64,000 bases of DNA. It comes from the human T2T-CHM13v2.0 reference genome, Homo sapiens. The notes under the pieces were generated by a model, which was given only the letters and a program-made list of their open reading frames with translations, ran no database searches and had not been told where the DNA came from. The translations under genes and the position numbers were made by a program. Shown piece after piece: positions 14,463 to 26,999 of the stretch; within the stretch, counting starts at the first letter, position 1; each line of letters begins with the position of its first letter. The stretch lies in NCBI RefSeq assembly GCF_009914755.1, contig NC_060931.1. One strand, given 5' to 3'.

Positions 14463-15678
14463 ACATTTTGATCTTAATATTTATATAGCTTGAATTGTTG
14501 AATACACATGGCATATAAAATAAACAATAAAACACTTGTTAGATATGGGTGCACGTATGCTGGAATTTTTTATGACATGGATTTTTTAAATGCTATAGGT
14601 AAAAAAAATCACATCCTTTGAAAAATGATTTCATCAATTGCCTGATCTCAAAGTGTTAGAGACTTAGAGGCAGCCACAAAGCTTGATATCATCAGGTCTG
14701 AGCCATTTCTAGAGAAGAGGAAACCAAGATTCTCCCTCTTAGACCTTACCCTGATTGACAGTTCTCTTCCCAGTGTCCTCACGTACGCAGGGACTTGAGA
14801 ATAAAAGCAGAGAAGGAAAGGATGCTCACTGAACACCTCCTTTGTTTTAGCACTTTATACAGGGTGTCTCTGATGAACCCTCTGAAGCACACAGGAGCTG
14901 ACCAGGTGCTCCTCTCACTGAGTTTCTGTGACCTACTGTCATAGCCAGATGTCACAGCCACCCTCAGGACTCCGACAGAATCCCTTGTGTCCCTAAAAAA
15001 AGTACGGAAGTATATTTAGATTTAAATTAACTTTTAGGTCATTACATAGCTACACAAAACTTTAGATTTACAGCAGAAACTTAAAAAATTCTCAGCAGGA
15101 GAATGTTTAAACTGATTTTTTTTCTTAAAGACCAGTGTGATGGTATAAACAGAATTTTTAATTCCTTTAAAAATCTGAAGCGGAAGCTCAAGTAGATGTA
15201 TTTCATTTTAAATGGAAACACAAACATTAAAGATGATAAGACATTGTTTTTAAAGTGTATTATGCAGCTTTATGGAACCTGATGAATTACAAAATGGAAG
15301 AAACAGAAGATGAAAACATTGGTATTATTGTATCATGGTGATTTCTTCTTAATTTTTATTTTTATTATAATGTTACTTGTGTAATGTAAATGAATAAAAT
15401 TTTCCCCTATTAATGATAACCAAAAATGTTTAAGCAAAGAGAGACAAGTTTTAAGGAAAGTACACAGCAGTGTTTCTGTGTCCAGTGGAGCAGCCTCTTT
15501 GGACAGGTTTCCACTTTGATTAGCAAGGAGGTTAATGTTGCTGTCCACTCTCTAGGGCTTTAGGGTAGTTTAATGTCACAGTTGGCTGCACTCCTTTCTC
15601 TCATTGTCTAAGATTGCAATGTAATTCTCTGCTCATTCATCACCCGCCTGTTTCTGCCTTGCCCCCATGTCTCCACAG

Positions 15679-15840
15679 ATCATTTTGTGTTTCTCTCCAG
15701 TTGGTCGCACGCTGAGAGTTAGAGCTCGGAAGTTCCCAGCCATAGTTAACTGCACGGCTATTGACTGGTTTCATGCGTGGCCGCAGGAGGCTCTGGTCTC
15801 CGTCAGCAGGAGGTTCATTGAGGAAACCAAGGGAATTGAG
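15679..15840 (+). CDS. DNAH11: Dynein heavy chain exon 3 (162 nt), AAA4
   Basis: Acceptor CTCCACAG|ATC; [54 protein letters not shown] (dynein LCFSPVG...FP...NCT.IDWF..WP motif); donor GAG|GTATGC. Confidence 0.97.
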
Positions 15841-15860
15841 GTATGCCGTGTCAGCCTGCG

Positions 15861-15861
<1 letters not shown>

Positions 15862-15911
<50 letters not shown>
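15862..15911 (+). repeat. (CA)25 microsatellite
   Basis: Perfect CA run starting at intron position +22 after the exon 3 donor. Confidence 0.98.
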
Positions 15912-15916
<5 letters not shown>

Positions 15917-18900
15917 AAAATCCTCAGTAGGTAAGTGCTTTCCACAGTACATCTCCTATCAGAAAGCTATCCTGATTTGTTTAAGATGCTAAACTTATCT
16001 GTTAGTTTACATTCTAAGGAATATGATGGCTGACCTTTTTTCCACCATACATAGTGAGGAGGATGTGCACACGTGCGTGAACACGGGCACGCACACAGCA
16101 CTTGAGTATGTTCTCACTCATGCACTGACTCACTGGAAGCCCAGGATCATTACTTCCTTGAATCATAATGGGGCTTGCTGATTATAAATCCTTTAAGTCC
16201 AAACTAAAAGCCCAAACAGAAATGTAGTCACCGTAGCCACGCACTGCTTGCTTCTTAACCAAGTAAGGCAATGAATTGTGGTTATTCTCATAGTAGCAAT
16301 AGTTGAAAAATCAGCCCCTGTATCCCATAACCACTAAGTCAAATAATATATCTACTTACTGTTTTACAGATTTATGTTTTATGGGTTATATTTGTCATTT
16401 CTTCATGATGACAAATTTAAAATTTAAAATCAAATTTAAAATCCCATGGCATTTTAAAATGGTTGTACAAAACAAAACAACAAAAGCTTCAAGCATTCAG
16501 ATTCAGAGGGAAAAAGGATGTAGATATGAGGTTATGATTTAGATTTCCTGGAGATGAAGTTTTATTCATGTCTAGTGCCTTTCTGATTACATAGCTTGGA
16601 AAAGTGATTGTGGACATTTCCCAGGGAGCTTTGTCTTCTCATTCCATTGAGTGATAAGGTGAAAGGTTCCTAGAATAGGTCAGACACTGAAAGTGACTCT
16701 CAGAGGCAAACACAGAACTGGAGATATGTGAGGAATGATGTCTGTTTCTAGTTGAAAGATTATCATGAACAGGTACAACCCATTGTAGCCCCACCGTTAC
16801 CCAAAAGGCATAACTGCCACCTTTCCAAAGCAATCCTTTTACATTTTGTTGTATATTGTATCATTCAGCGGCCATATGGTTAAAAATCTGGTCATATTTA
16901 CATATTTAATTGTTTGTATGCAGCTAGCTTTATTGTTCATAATATCATTTTCCTTTGCTTCTACAAAAAAAAAAAAAGCAGCTATAGAGGTAAGTACACA
17001 TGCAAGTATTCACCAACACCTACAGAATTTTGTGGAGGGAGACCTCTTCTCCTTTAGTCTTTTCCTGAAATGTTTATTAATCTAATTATTTGGTGGTGGA
17101 TTGCTAGGGAAGAGCCGTCAAGCAACATCTAACTTGGAAGATATATATATGGTAGAGGCCTTAGGATATTCATATACCTCCCCTGTCCTTCTCTCCTCTA
17201 CACTTGCACTTAAAACGTTTCCACAAATAAATGAAAATAAGAAATGATCTCTTCTAAAGTCTGCCAGAAACATTTTGTACTCTAACATCTGGAAAATCAT
17301 TAAATGTGACAAATAATTGTCATAAATATTAACACAAATTTCGTATGCGATTGCCAGGTCTGCTGCATTTCTGGAATTTTCTAGGGCATCATTTTATCTT
17401 GTGATAGTTACAAGAAGGGTTCAAAATGCTGCTTTATTAAAGGGAGAGAGTCAGTATGTATCTTCTGATAGCAAATTTGTGTTTCATCAGGCTGGTTTGG
17501 TAAGGAAGAGAAAGGGGCCAGAGCACTTTGTTTCTGCATGTTACTTTGTCAAATGGTAGGAAATTAGAGCTAGTAGCATGGTTTAAGTTGGCATGTGGCA
17601 CAGTGCTTTTTACAGTTTCTTCCCTTTGCTACTCTGTGCAGGCTTTTTCCTGTCCAGGTGGGTGCCACTTTGAAAACAGCTAAAGGAGTTTGATATGCCG
17701 TTGACCGTTGACATCTGCTGGATGAGGCAGGACTTGCATCGTGTTAAGTCCAGAGGGCTCCTGTCAGGTGCTAAGCTGGATCTGATGGTGTCATAACGCC
17801 TCCTATAGGATGCTGAGTGCCAAATAGGAATTTTAAAAACACTTTCCCATTTCTCTTGAACTGAATTGTGCCTCAAAACAAATGAGTCAGATGATTTCAT
17901 TTCAGTGCAAGCTGCTTATTTAACTTTCCCACCTTCCTAATTTGTTGCGCAGGAGCAATAATTATAATTCAGAGTACAATGTGTCCATGGTCTTCTAAAA
18001 ACCTGTGGTGTCTTTTCTGTAGAGGTCAAAAACAGCTTTTAAGTTTTTTGAATGAGCACTAATTTGATCACTTTCTTAGTTTTAATTTCCTTTTTTAAGA
18101 CTGAAAGTTATCAGCATAATTTAGGCACTTCTTAATTATTGACGTCATTTGCTGAGTGTAAGGTGCTTACACAAGGTGACCCCCTTTGGCCACAGAGAAA
18201 GGAGTCGTTAAAGGCAAGCAGTTTTGTGTGTGTTGGCGTGTAATTTTCCATCAGTACACACTCAGCACCCAGGGGTACGGGTTGACTGCATCTAAATTAA
18301 TGTTTGTGCTATTTTTCTGTTGCCTAATATTGAACTAAATGACAGCTGACAAATAATGACCAAAACAGTTTGACACTTAAGTATTTATCTGAAGACTTTG
18401 TGTCAACGCACACTACCTCTCCAAGGAGATTTTGAAATGGAGATGGGAGGAGGTGTGTAAGGAGGGAGAGAAGGAAAAGCCATCTGGGTAAACCTGGGAA
18501 CAGTGTTGGAAAGGCTGTGAGAAGCTCGTTGGAGAGAGAACTGTGTGAAGAGCTTAGTGATTAGTACATGGTTTCTACAACGAAAAATCAAGAGAAGCTG
18601 CGGTGTTGAAAAACAAGTGATGTTTTTGCTTTTCAAGGTAAAATGAATCATAGACATCTTTGAAAGCAGAGCCAGATGAAAGGAGAAGTTACTGAATGGA
18701 AATGAAACAGTGAGCTGTCTGGTGAAGGAGTGAGATGTTTGTTGGATGGTGTAGAGTAGATCTGAGCAAGGTGAAAGAGGTCATCTTTGGGGGCATGTTG
18801 ACCAACCGATGAGTTAAAATCCTCTGTCCTTATGTGGTGCCACTTAAAAGTAATAACACAAACTCCGTATCATCAGCTTTTTCAGGGAAAAGCAGTTATT

Positions 18901-19186
18901 CCCCATGCAACCACCTCTTCAATTGTTGCAGTTTGGTAGCTTGTGAAGGACATATTTTACTACTGTTTTCCACAACTGATGGCGAGAAAGTCCACTCTAA
19001 GAGGAAAGTTATTTTACTGCTATATTTAAAGACTTGTTTCCCCAATGGTCTGTAAATTCATTTTTAAAATGGCATGCCAAACACAAAGGGTATAAGACAA
19101 CATTTTGTCAGTGATAGCTATCTTAGCAGAGTTTCTATCATATTAATGACTTTAAGCACAGTTCTTTATTTGAAATATAAATTAGG

Positions 19187-19258
19187 GTATACATATGTAA
19201 CTAACCTGCACATTGTGCACATGTACCCTAAAACTTAAAGTATAATAATTTTAAAAAA
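19187..19258 (+). mobile_element. Extremely 5'-truncated young L1PA insertion (72 bp)
   Basis: GTATACATATGTAACTAACCTGCACATTGTGCACATGTACCCTAAAACTTAAAGTATAATAAT is the L1PA 3' terminus; perfect TSD GAAATATAAATTAGG at 19172-19186 and 19259-19273. Confidence 0.95.
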
Positions 19259-19722
19259 GAAATATAAATTAGGATTATTCAATATGAATAAAAAGTAGAA
19301 AGATAACCTTATGCAGTAGAAATTGTGTGAATTTGAGGAAAATAATCCTCTTTCTAAGGAATATTGAAGCCATTTAAAAATATTAAGACAAATATAAATG
19401 CAACCACATTTATCTTGATTCTGCTTAAGTCTTATACTGGCTTAAGCATATCTTCAGATGGCTGAGGAAAGACACAAGTAGTTGTAAACATCCTTCCCCA
19501 TTCTTCAAGCCTCGACCTCATAAGTAGGGTCCAGACTTTGTAGCTGCCCAGGAATCTGGACATGAATATTCAGTTGAAGGTGTAATTGACTTAAATGGAG
19601 CTATCCCTATAAGTTTGTAGTTTTGTGGCTTTTCTCTAGGTGCTGACCTTACCAGAAGCAGCCACACCATTCACACCATCTCCTGTTCTGTCCTCTTGCT
19701 ATAAAAGAGGTAGCTGGATTGC

Positions 19723-20036
19723 TTTTTTATTCTTTGTTTTTTTTTTTCTTTTTTTGAGAGGGAGTCTCACTCTGTCACCCAGGCTGGAGTGCAGTGGCAT
19801 GATCTCGGCTCACTGCAACTTCCGCCTCTCGGGTTCAAGTGATTCTCCTGCCTCAGCCTCCTGAGTAGCTGGGACCACAGGTGCACACCACCACGCCCTG
19901 CTAATTTTTGTACTTTTAGTAGAGACAGGGTTTCACCATGTTGCCCAGGCTGGTCTCAAACTCTTGACCTCGGGTTATCTGCCTGCCTCTGCCTCCCAAA
20001 GTGCTGGATTACAGGCATGAGCCACTGCATCCGGCC
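19723..20036 (-). mobile_element. Alu (AluSx-like)
   Basis: Reverse Alu with T tail, ending CATCCGGCC. Confidence 0.95.
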
Positions 20037-20403
20037 TGGATTTCATTTTTCCTCCACTCCTCCTGAGTCTTCAGTTGCTTCTTTGTTTCAACTTTCTGGC
20101 AGAGAACCATTGAAGGTACCTTTTTCAATGACTGCAAGCTCATCTAGGAAATTGTTGGCTTCTGCTGGACTTTGTCTTGCCTCTGACCAGTAGTTGAGCT
20201 CCAGAATTAAAGGCAAGATACAAAAAGCATAAGCAAATAACAAAATAATGCACTCACCAGACAACTCAAAACAAAAAAACAGCATACAATTTAGAAAACT
20301 GTGCTTGGTGCTACATTTAACACTTGTTGCTGCCCTGTGTAATGGCAGTAATCTTACTGCAACTGCTGTTGGTGCTACTGCTACCACAGTAGCAGAACTG
20401 ATA

Positions 20404-20754
20404 GAGGTTCAGTATCCCTTACCCAAAATACTTGGTACCAGAAATATTTTGGGTTTCAGATTTTTTTTTGATTTTGGAATATTTGCATTTACATAATGAG
20501 ATATCATGGGGATGGGACCCAAATCTAAACACAAAATTCATTTTTGTTTTATATACTCCTTATGCACATAGTGCAAAGGTAATTTTATATAAGATTTTGA
20601 AGAATTTTGTGCGTGAAACAAAGTTTTGACTGTGACCCATTACATGAGGTCATATCTGGAATTTTCCACCTGTGGTGTTAAATTCACACTCAGAAAGTTT
20701 TGGCTTTTGGAGCATTTCAGATTTTCAATTTTCAGATTAGGGATGCTCAACCAG
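20404..20754. mobile_element. Tigger4/MER46-type TcMar DNA transposon MITE
   Basis: Imperfect terminal inverted repeats GAGGTTCAGTATCCCT / AGGGATGCTCAACCAG and internal GAGATATCATGGGGATGGGACCCAA motif. Confidence 0.85.
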
Positions 20755-23700
20755 TTCCTGCTGTGAATTTGCACTGCTTACCACCTCTCATCACCAGCCT
20801 CATGAGGAGGGACCAGTAGTTTCCCCTGGGATGGAGGCCCAAGAGTAAATAATGCCGCTGGTAAGGGGTACATCTGCAGTTTGACACCAGAGCCCATAGT
20901 CTTAAATCCTTCTTTTGACTATTGCATGAATGTTTGACTATTGGGAAAGCAGTAAAAGAAGAAAGGAAACAGAATTTTTAAAGGAGCAATTTTGTGGGCA
21001 GGAAGAAGTACAGGAGGGTATGCAGTATCTTACCAGATTTTTCAGAACTGGAAATCTAGCCCAGGTCCTAGGATTCAAACCCTTTGTCCCTGGCTCCCTC
21101 CGGAATCTTCTTCTCAGAGCAAAACAGCACTATGAAGAGCTTAGGACAAGTGTTAAAATGCAACACTGCCCATTTTATGCATTGTAAGTTTTCTTTCTTT
21201 AATAAGCCACCATGCAACCACAAATATCTTATTAATATATTCTTCTACCAGCCCTAAAAGGAGCAAAAAGATCAAATAGATTGTGTAGCACATCAGTTTG
21301 ACATATTTAAAATTTAACACAGAAATAATTTCTGAGAAAAATGTTCAAGACTTACTGTAGGTATATGGCATTTAATGTGACAAAATTGTCCCAAGTTACA
21401 CTTCAAAAAGAGAGAAAATAGATTCTTTCACCTGCCCCTTTCTCTTTTGCCCTTCCTCCCTCCCTCCCTTGAATACAGTGCTCTTGAAAGCCCAAATTTA
21501 GTATTACAGACCAATGTAGTCATCTTTGCTGGTCTTGGGAAGGTATAAAATCCTAAACTGATTTAGTGCTGACCTCTGGGTATTGGTTTATATTCAACTC
21601 TGCTGTTTGTCATTTTCAAGAGGAATATACTGGGCACTTGCTTGAAGTGCCAGGTGGCTGGAGTACTTGGTGTGGCAGAGACTACTCCTGCCCGAGAACT
21701 GTCACACCAAATAGCAGAGATCTGTTTATGTTTTTGTGTTGACAGTGAGCCAACTGAGAGAGTAGAAATTAAACACGTTTTCTTAATGTGAGGGAAAGCA
21801 GTTTCATCTTTGCATTTGATTATGCGTTGGAGACAGCATCGTTTTCCAGAGCATCTTAGTGGGGAAACCTTGAGTTTATAACCATTCGATACTGGCACTC
21901 TGCTTATTTTTATTTTTGCCATCATCATGATTAGCTGCTAAATGACTATAAGTGGTTATCAACTGGTTTTTATTAAGAGGCCAAATCTAGCAGGAATGAT
22001 ATTCTCCCCTCACGTCTCTCAAAGTGAAAAATACAGCATTGCGTAGCCCTCGCTGCGGCAGCACCAGCAGCAACTCCTCTCAATTCTCCCCCAACGCCCC
22101 CCACAAAAAAAATAATAAAATAAAATAACTGGAGATAAATGAATGGCAGAATAAATAATTTATGCTAATGAAATTACTGCAATTAGTAGTTCTACAATGA
22201 CCCTTTTAAAAGCCACAGCTGTTAATGTCAGGAAGTGCTGTCACTACTGACCTTATCATAAGAGAAAGTGACAAATTGAGAATGCAGGGAAGACCAGTCA
22301 TCAAAGAGGTCTGTTCTGGAACGATTAGAGTTTTCTGAAAAACAGTGTGAATTACAACCAGCTGCTCCCTGGCTCAGCGAGTCTCCCATGCTGTGCCATT
22401 TTGTTAAGCCTGATAACAATAGTTATTTTGCCCCATTGAGACAAGTTGTCTCAGGCCACTTTCAGCTCTACCGGAAACCACTTCTTCCATCCCCGATTTA
22501 CAAATGAAACTGTTGTTAAAGAGAGCTTTCAGCGCCTCCAAGGAGCCTCCTCATAAGGATCATGGTTGGGCAGAGGCCAGAGTGTTTTTTTTTTTTCTTC
22601 TTTCTTTCTTTTTTTTTTTCCCTTCCTGTAAGGAGGTTACACTTGGCTGAGGAATTATTTATCTATATTGTAGAAATGTATGTGTGTACCTTTAGTTCCC
22701 ATTAAAACAAGACAGGACAGGAGTAAATTCCTGCACATGTCTGTATTGAAGTCAAGCTCTTGTAAAAATAAAGTCTCCAAAGGATTATGATTTATATGAA
22801 GTTTATATAAACTTCTTCATAAATTTTATTTTTCTGAGTTCACTGTTTGGAAATATATTTGTATCTGGGGTCCACTAGAAACCAAGAATATTTGGAATTT
22901 ATATCACGTTATTTTTAACTTTTGTTTTAGTAATACATTATTTCAGTTACTAGTGAGATGGATTTTTAATACGCAGCACAATGCAATATGTGGGTATTCC
23001 AAACCCACTCGGGAATTTGTCGTGATGTTGGAAAGTTGATTGTTTAAAGACATTGTTCAGGAGCAGTTGTTTTTCACCAAGAATTGGCTGGTCTCTCTTC
23101 ACACCTCTGCTTGTAATATTAATGGTGCAGGTTTGAAATGTTTGACTGCATCACCAGCCACGTGTGTGCAATTTTCCCAAAGACGTCTGAGCATTATTGA
23201 CAACACTTTGGTAAATTATGTGTGACTTTCCTAAGAGTTGGTGTAGCTCATTTAATTCATATTAATTGATTTGTAGGCTTCCCTTGATTAATTGAACCTG
23301 GTTCATCTTGTACAGAATGCAATAAATAATCATTAAAATGAGGGAGATGTGACTCTGCAAATTAAAAAGTTAACTACTTCAGAAGTCATAGAGGACAAAA
23401 TGGAAAGAATGTATAGTGGGGGGTCTTCCAGTAACTCATTGAAGGAGAGTTGCTCTTTTTGTGGGTTTTCTTTCCCAAATATGAATAGAAATGATCATGA
23501 TATTTTTCTCCCAGAAGCAGTGACATTTATACCCTACTATCCAGTTTGTTTTTACATGAGTTCTCATAAAACTGTGAGTTTCTAAGTTTTGGCTTTTTTT
23601 TTTTTTTCAGTGACTTTGCAGGGTTATTGCTTCTCTTTGTCTAAAGCTTAGTTTGAAAGCAATGGCAGAAATATTTCTCAGGATATTGTGTCTGTTTCTC

Positions 23701-24018
23701 CACCTTCTCTTTCACACACTCGGTAGATAAAAATCAAGTTGTGAAGATCTGTATATGCTGGCTTTTGTATTTGGTATGTGGAGCACATAAAAACCCTTTG
23801 TCCTACTTGGCAAGAAGAAGGTTACTCAAGCTGAATGCTTTATTGTAATCTCCCAAATCCTGTGGATAGCGCTTAAAGATTAAATAAGTTTTCGTAGGTT
23901 ATACTATCATTTTTTTTTCTGACTTTTAGAAAAAAAATGATCATTTACTTGATTTTTTTTTAAGTTGTATTTTTAATTTGAGAGGATTTCACATGAACTG
24001 TAATGTTTGTGTTTTCAG

Positions 24019-24252
24019 CCAGTGCACAAAGACTCTATTAGCCTTTTCATGGCACATGTTCACACCACTGTAAATGAAATGAGTACCAGATATTACCAGA
24101 ATGAGAGAAGACACAACTATACCACCCCAAAGAGTTTTCTAGAACAAATATCACTGTTTAAGAACCTGTTGAAGAAGAAGCAAAATGAGGTATCCGAGAA
24201 AAAAGAACGCCTGGTGAACGGCATCCAAAAGCTAAAAACCACAGCCTCTCAG
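24019..24252 (+). CDS. DNAH11: Dynein heavy chain exon 4 (234 nt), AAA4 small domain into stalk CC1
   Basis: Acceptor TTTTCAG|CCA; [15 protein letters not shown]...[14 protein letters not shown]...[16 protein letters not shown]; donor CAG|GTATGA. Confidence 0.97.
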
Positions 24253-24879
24253 GTATGACCAGGATGTGTTATTACTGAGTAATATTTATGCTGTTTAACA
24301 GAAAAATATATTTCCTTTTGAAGCACTACTAAATCCATTTCTATAAGATGCCAGCTGGTGAAATTTACAGTTTCATGACACCAAGAATACACTGCTACTG
24401 CTTTCAAAAGCCTACAATGGGATTGGCCGACTCACAGCTGGATTAGGGTGAAACGTTCTCTTCCTGGCCTGACTCAGTGTAAGGTAGTGTGGGATATTGA
24501 AGGGAGCAGACACAGCGGATTGCCTCTCTTGTCTCTGACTTCTTCAGTGCACGGTACTTGTCGTCAAGGTTCTTATCATCCTAGGATGGACCAGTATCTT
24601 TTTTGGTCTCAGATTCTCAACCTCCAGTGAGGGCATCATTTTCTGGCTAATGACTGTGGCGAGATCCCAAGGTAGAGCTGTTCCTCCCTTAGTGACTTGT
24701 CTGCTCCTCTTACACATCTGTGTCCTCAGTCCTGAGGCCCCTGCTCCCTCGAAGGGCGATGCCTCTAACTTGCAGGAGTAAATCAGGAGAGAATCATCAC
24801 AGGATGTTAATCATGTGTGGGTCTGTACACATATTATCATTATTTCGTTGTTAAAAAAGGATTTCATGAAGTAGTTGTT

Positions 24880-24985
24880 ACTACTATAGTTTTATATATG
24901 AGGCGTAAAGAGTTTAAGGCCAGAGAGCCAGTGAGGTTGGGTTTTAGACCCAGGTCTGTGTTGCTCTGATGCCCATGAGTTGTCC
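24880..24985 (-). mobile_element. MIR fragment
   Basis: TTTTAGACCCAGGTCTG...CACTGTGCTGCCTC resembles MIR. Confidence 0.55.
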
Positions 24986-25587
24986 ATGGCACTGTGCTGC
25001 CTCTCTGTGGCTGGAAAGAAGAGATTGGAATGAGAGACTCTGAAGACTTTGAAGAGTAGCCCAGCCTTATTCTGAGCCAGTCAGGACTTAGAGCTGGAGT
25101 GAGAAGAATCCTCACTAGTGATCACCTCAAGACTAGAAATACTGGTGGCCTTCTCAGAGTCATGTCATCAGGTCAGACTCTCATATGCTTTACAAGGATT
25201 GGGGCAGTGGTTTCCCCGAGTGGCCTGGGTAACCCACCTGTGGCTAGGCTAGAAATGAACTGAGACCCGAAGGAGGGAGCACCTTTTCAAATGGGCACCT
25301 TTTCACTCTGAAGGGCTCTCTGGCCATGTCCTTCAGTCACTCTGGGCCAAAGCACCACTTGCCTCTTTTTCTCTTAGTTTTCTATACCAAGAATGACTCT
25401 GTGACAAAACACTGTGATCTGTACTAATAGTGAGTAGATGGACCACAATTAGGAAAGAGAAACCAGGGTGAGTAGGTTTCCAGGACGGTTGGGATCAAGT
25501 GATATTAAGAATAGTTTCTAGGAAACCCACAAATAGCATATCCATATTTGTGCACCTTCTCCTTTCCTCTCAAAGAACGTCTGTCTA

Positions 25588-25882
25588 GGCCAGGCACAGT
25601 GGCTCACACCTTTAATCCCAGCACTTTGGGAGGCTGAAGGGGGAGGATTGCTTGAGTCCAGGAGTTTGAGACCAGCCTGGACAACAAAATGAGACCCAAT
25701 CTCTACAAAAGAATTTTTTAATGAGCCGAGCATGGTGGCGCACACCTGTAGACCCAGCCACTTGAAAGGCTGAGGCAGGAGGATCCCTTGAGCCCAAGAG
25801 TTTGAGGTTACAGTGTGTTGAGTGGGTCACTGAACTCCAACCTGAGCAACAGAGTGAGACCCTGTCTCAAAAAAAAAAAAAC
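25588..25882 (+). mobile_element. AluJ
   Basis: GGAGGATTGCTTGAGTCCAGGAGTTTGAG and GGATCCCTTGAGCCCAAG J-type positions; TSD core GTCTGTCT on both sides. Confidence 0.92.
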
Positions 25883-26999
25883 AAGTCTGTCTTTCCTGTC
25901 TCTTTTTATTCACAGCTTATTTTACTTTCTTAACTTTTGCCCCTCTCCATGTCAGTTTTCTTCTATCTGTCTATCCTCTTCTGTCTCATTTAAATCAAGA
26001 CCCCTTTCCATAAGAAAGATTTTCCCTGGAGTCCTGTTGGGCTAGATAAGACGAGGAAGGAGCTCTGTTTCACAAAGCATTTATATCCCTTTGAATGCCG
26101 TCCTAAACTGAACCTGTTGACTTTGCCCACTATCAGGAAATGATAGTATTGTCACCCAAACTGAGCTTTCAATACTGTGGGGGCATCCTTAGCAAAGAGA
26201 TAAGTGCTTCTGCCATACTTAAAGGTTGTGAGCTAAAAGCAAGTGGGGTACCATCCTGGACCATTCCAGTGGTGGCAGCATCTCAGCCACAGGAAAAAAG
26301 AAGAGGAGAGAGACTGTGATTTCTTAATAGTCACCTCAGTTACACATTGATGAGTCAGGGGGATGGGCAAGGAGAGAGACGGGAGGGCCGATTCACTATG
26401 TCTGCCAAGTCCAGGGCTGCTTGGGTCTCTTTACTTCCCCTTAGCTAAGAACCACAGGCAGAAAGTCTGTAAAGACACAAGACATCTTGATTGACCATGA
26501 AGTCTGATGGAAAGACTGACGGTGATTTCTTTTCATTAGGTATTTGTGCATGGAATGCTCTTACTATCAAAAAAGTGGTTGGAATATTCAATAGCTACAT
26601 GGCAGTTTTAGAAATAAGTGGGTTATAAAAAGGGGATGGTTTCCTATGTGGAGAATTGGAGAACCATATTGCAAAAGATCAGGTTGTATGGAGAGCGTAA
26701 TGCCTGTATATTGGGGCATGTATCCTCTAAGGGTCTGCCTTAAGGAATGCCACATCATTTGAAAACATTAGCAATGTTCCTTCTTTACAGTAAAGCTGTA
26801 AGCACCTTTTATAGCCAAATAACCTCTCTCTAGATGTCAGCTTAGGTCATCACAGATAGTCCTAGTGACCTTTCTTCATAGAGAAAGCCTTGCTTCCACG
26901 GCTTCAGTCACTTTGAATATTTCAGAGCTAACAGCTTCCTTAGAAACTGAAATTAGGGCTTGAAATAACATAATTTTGTCCTAGTCTCTTGGGTGATTC

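Noticed and set aside
24012-24025. Tandem acceptor CAG|CCAG at exon 4
   Set aside because: The second AG is 4 nt downstream and frameshifts, with no compensating donor at exon 3.
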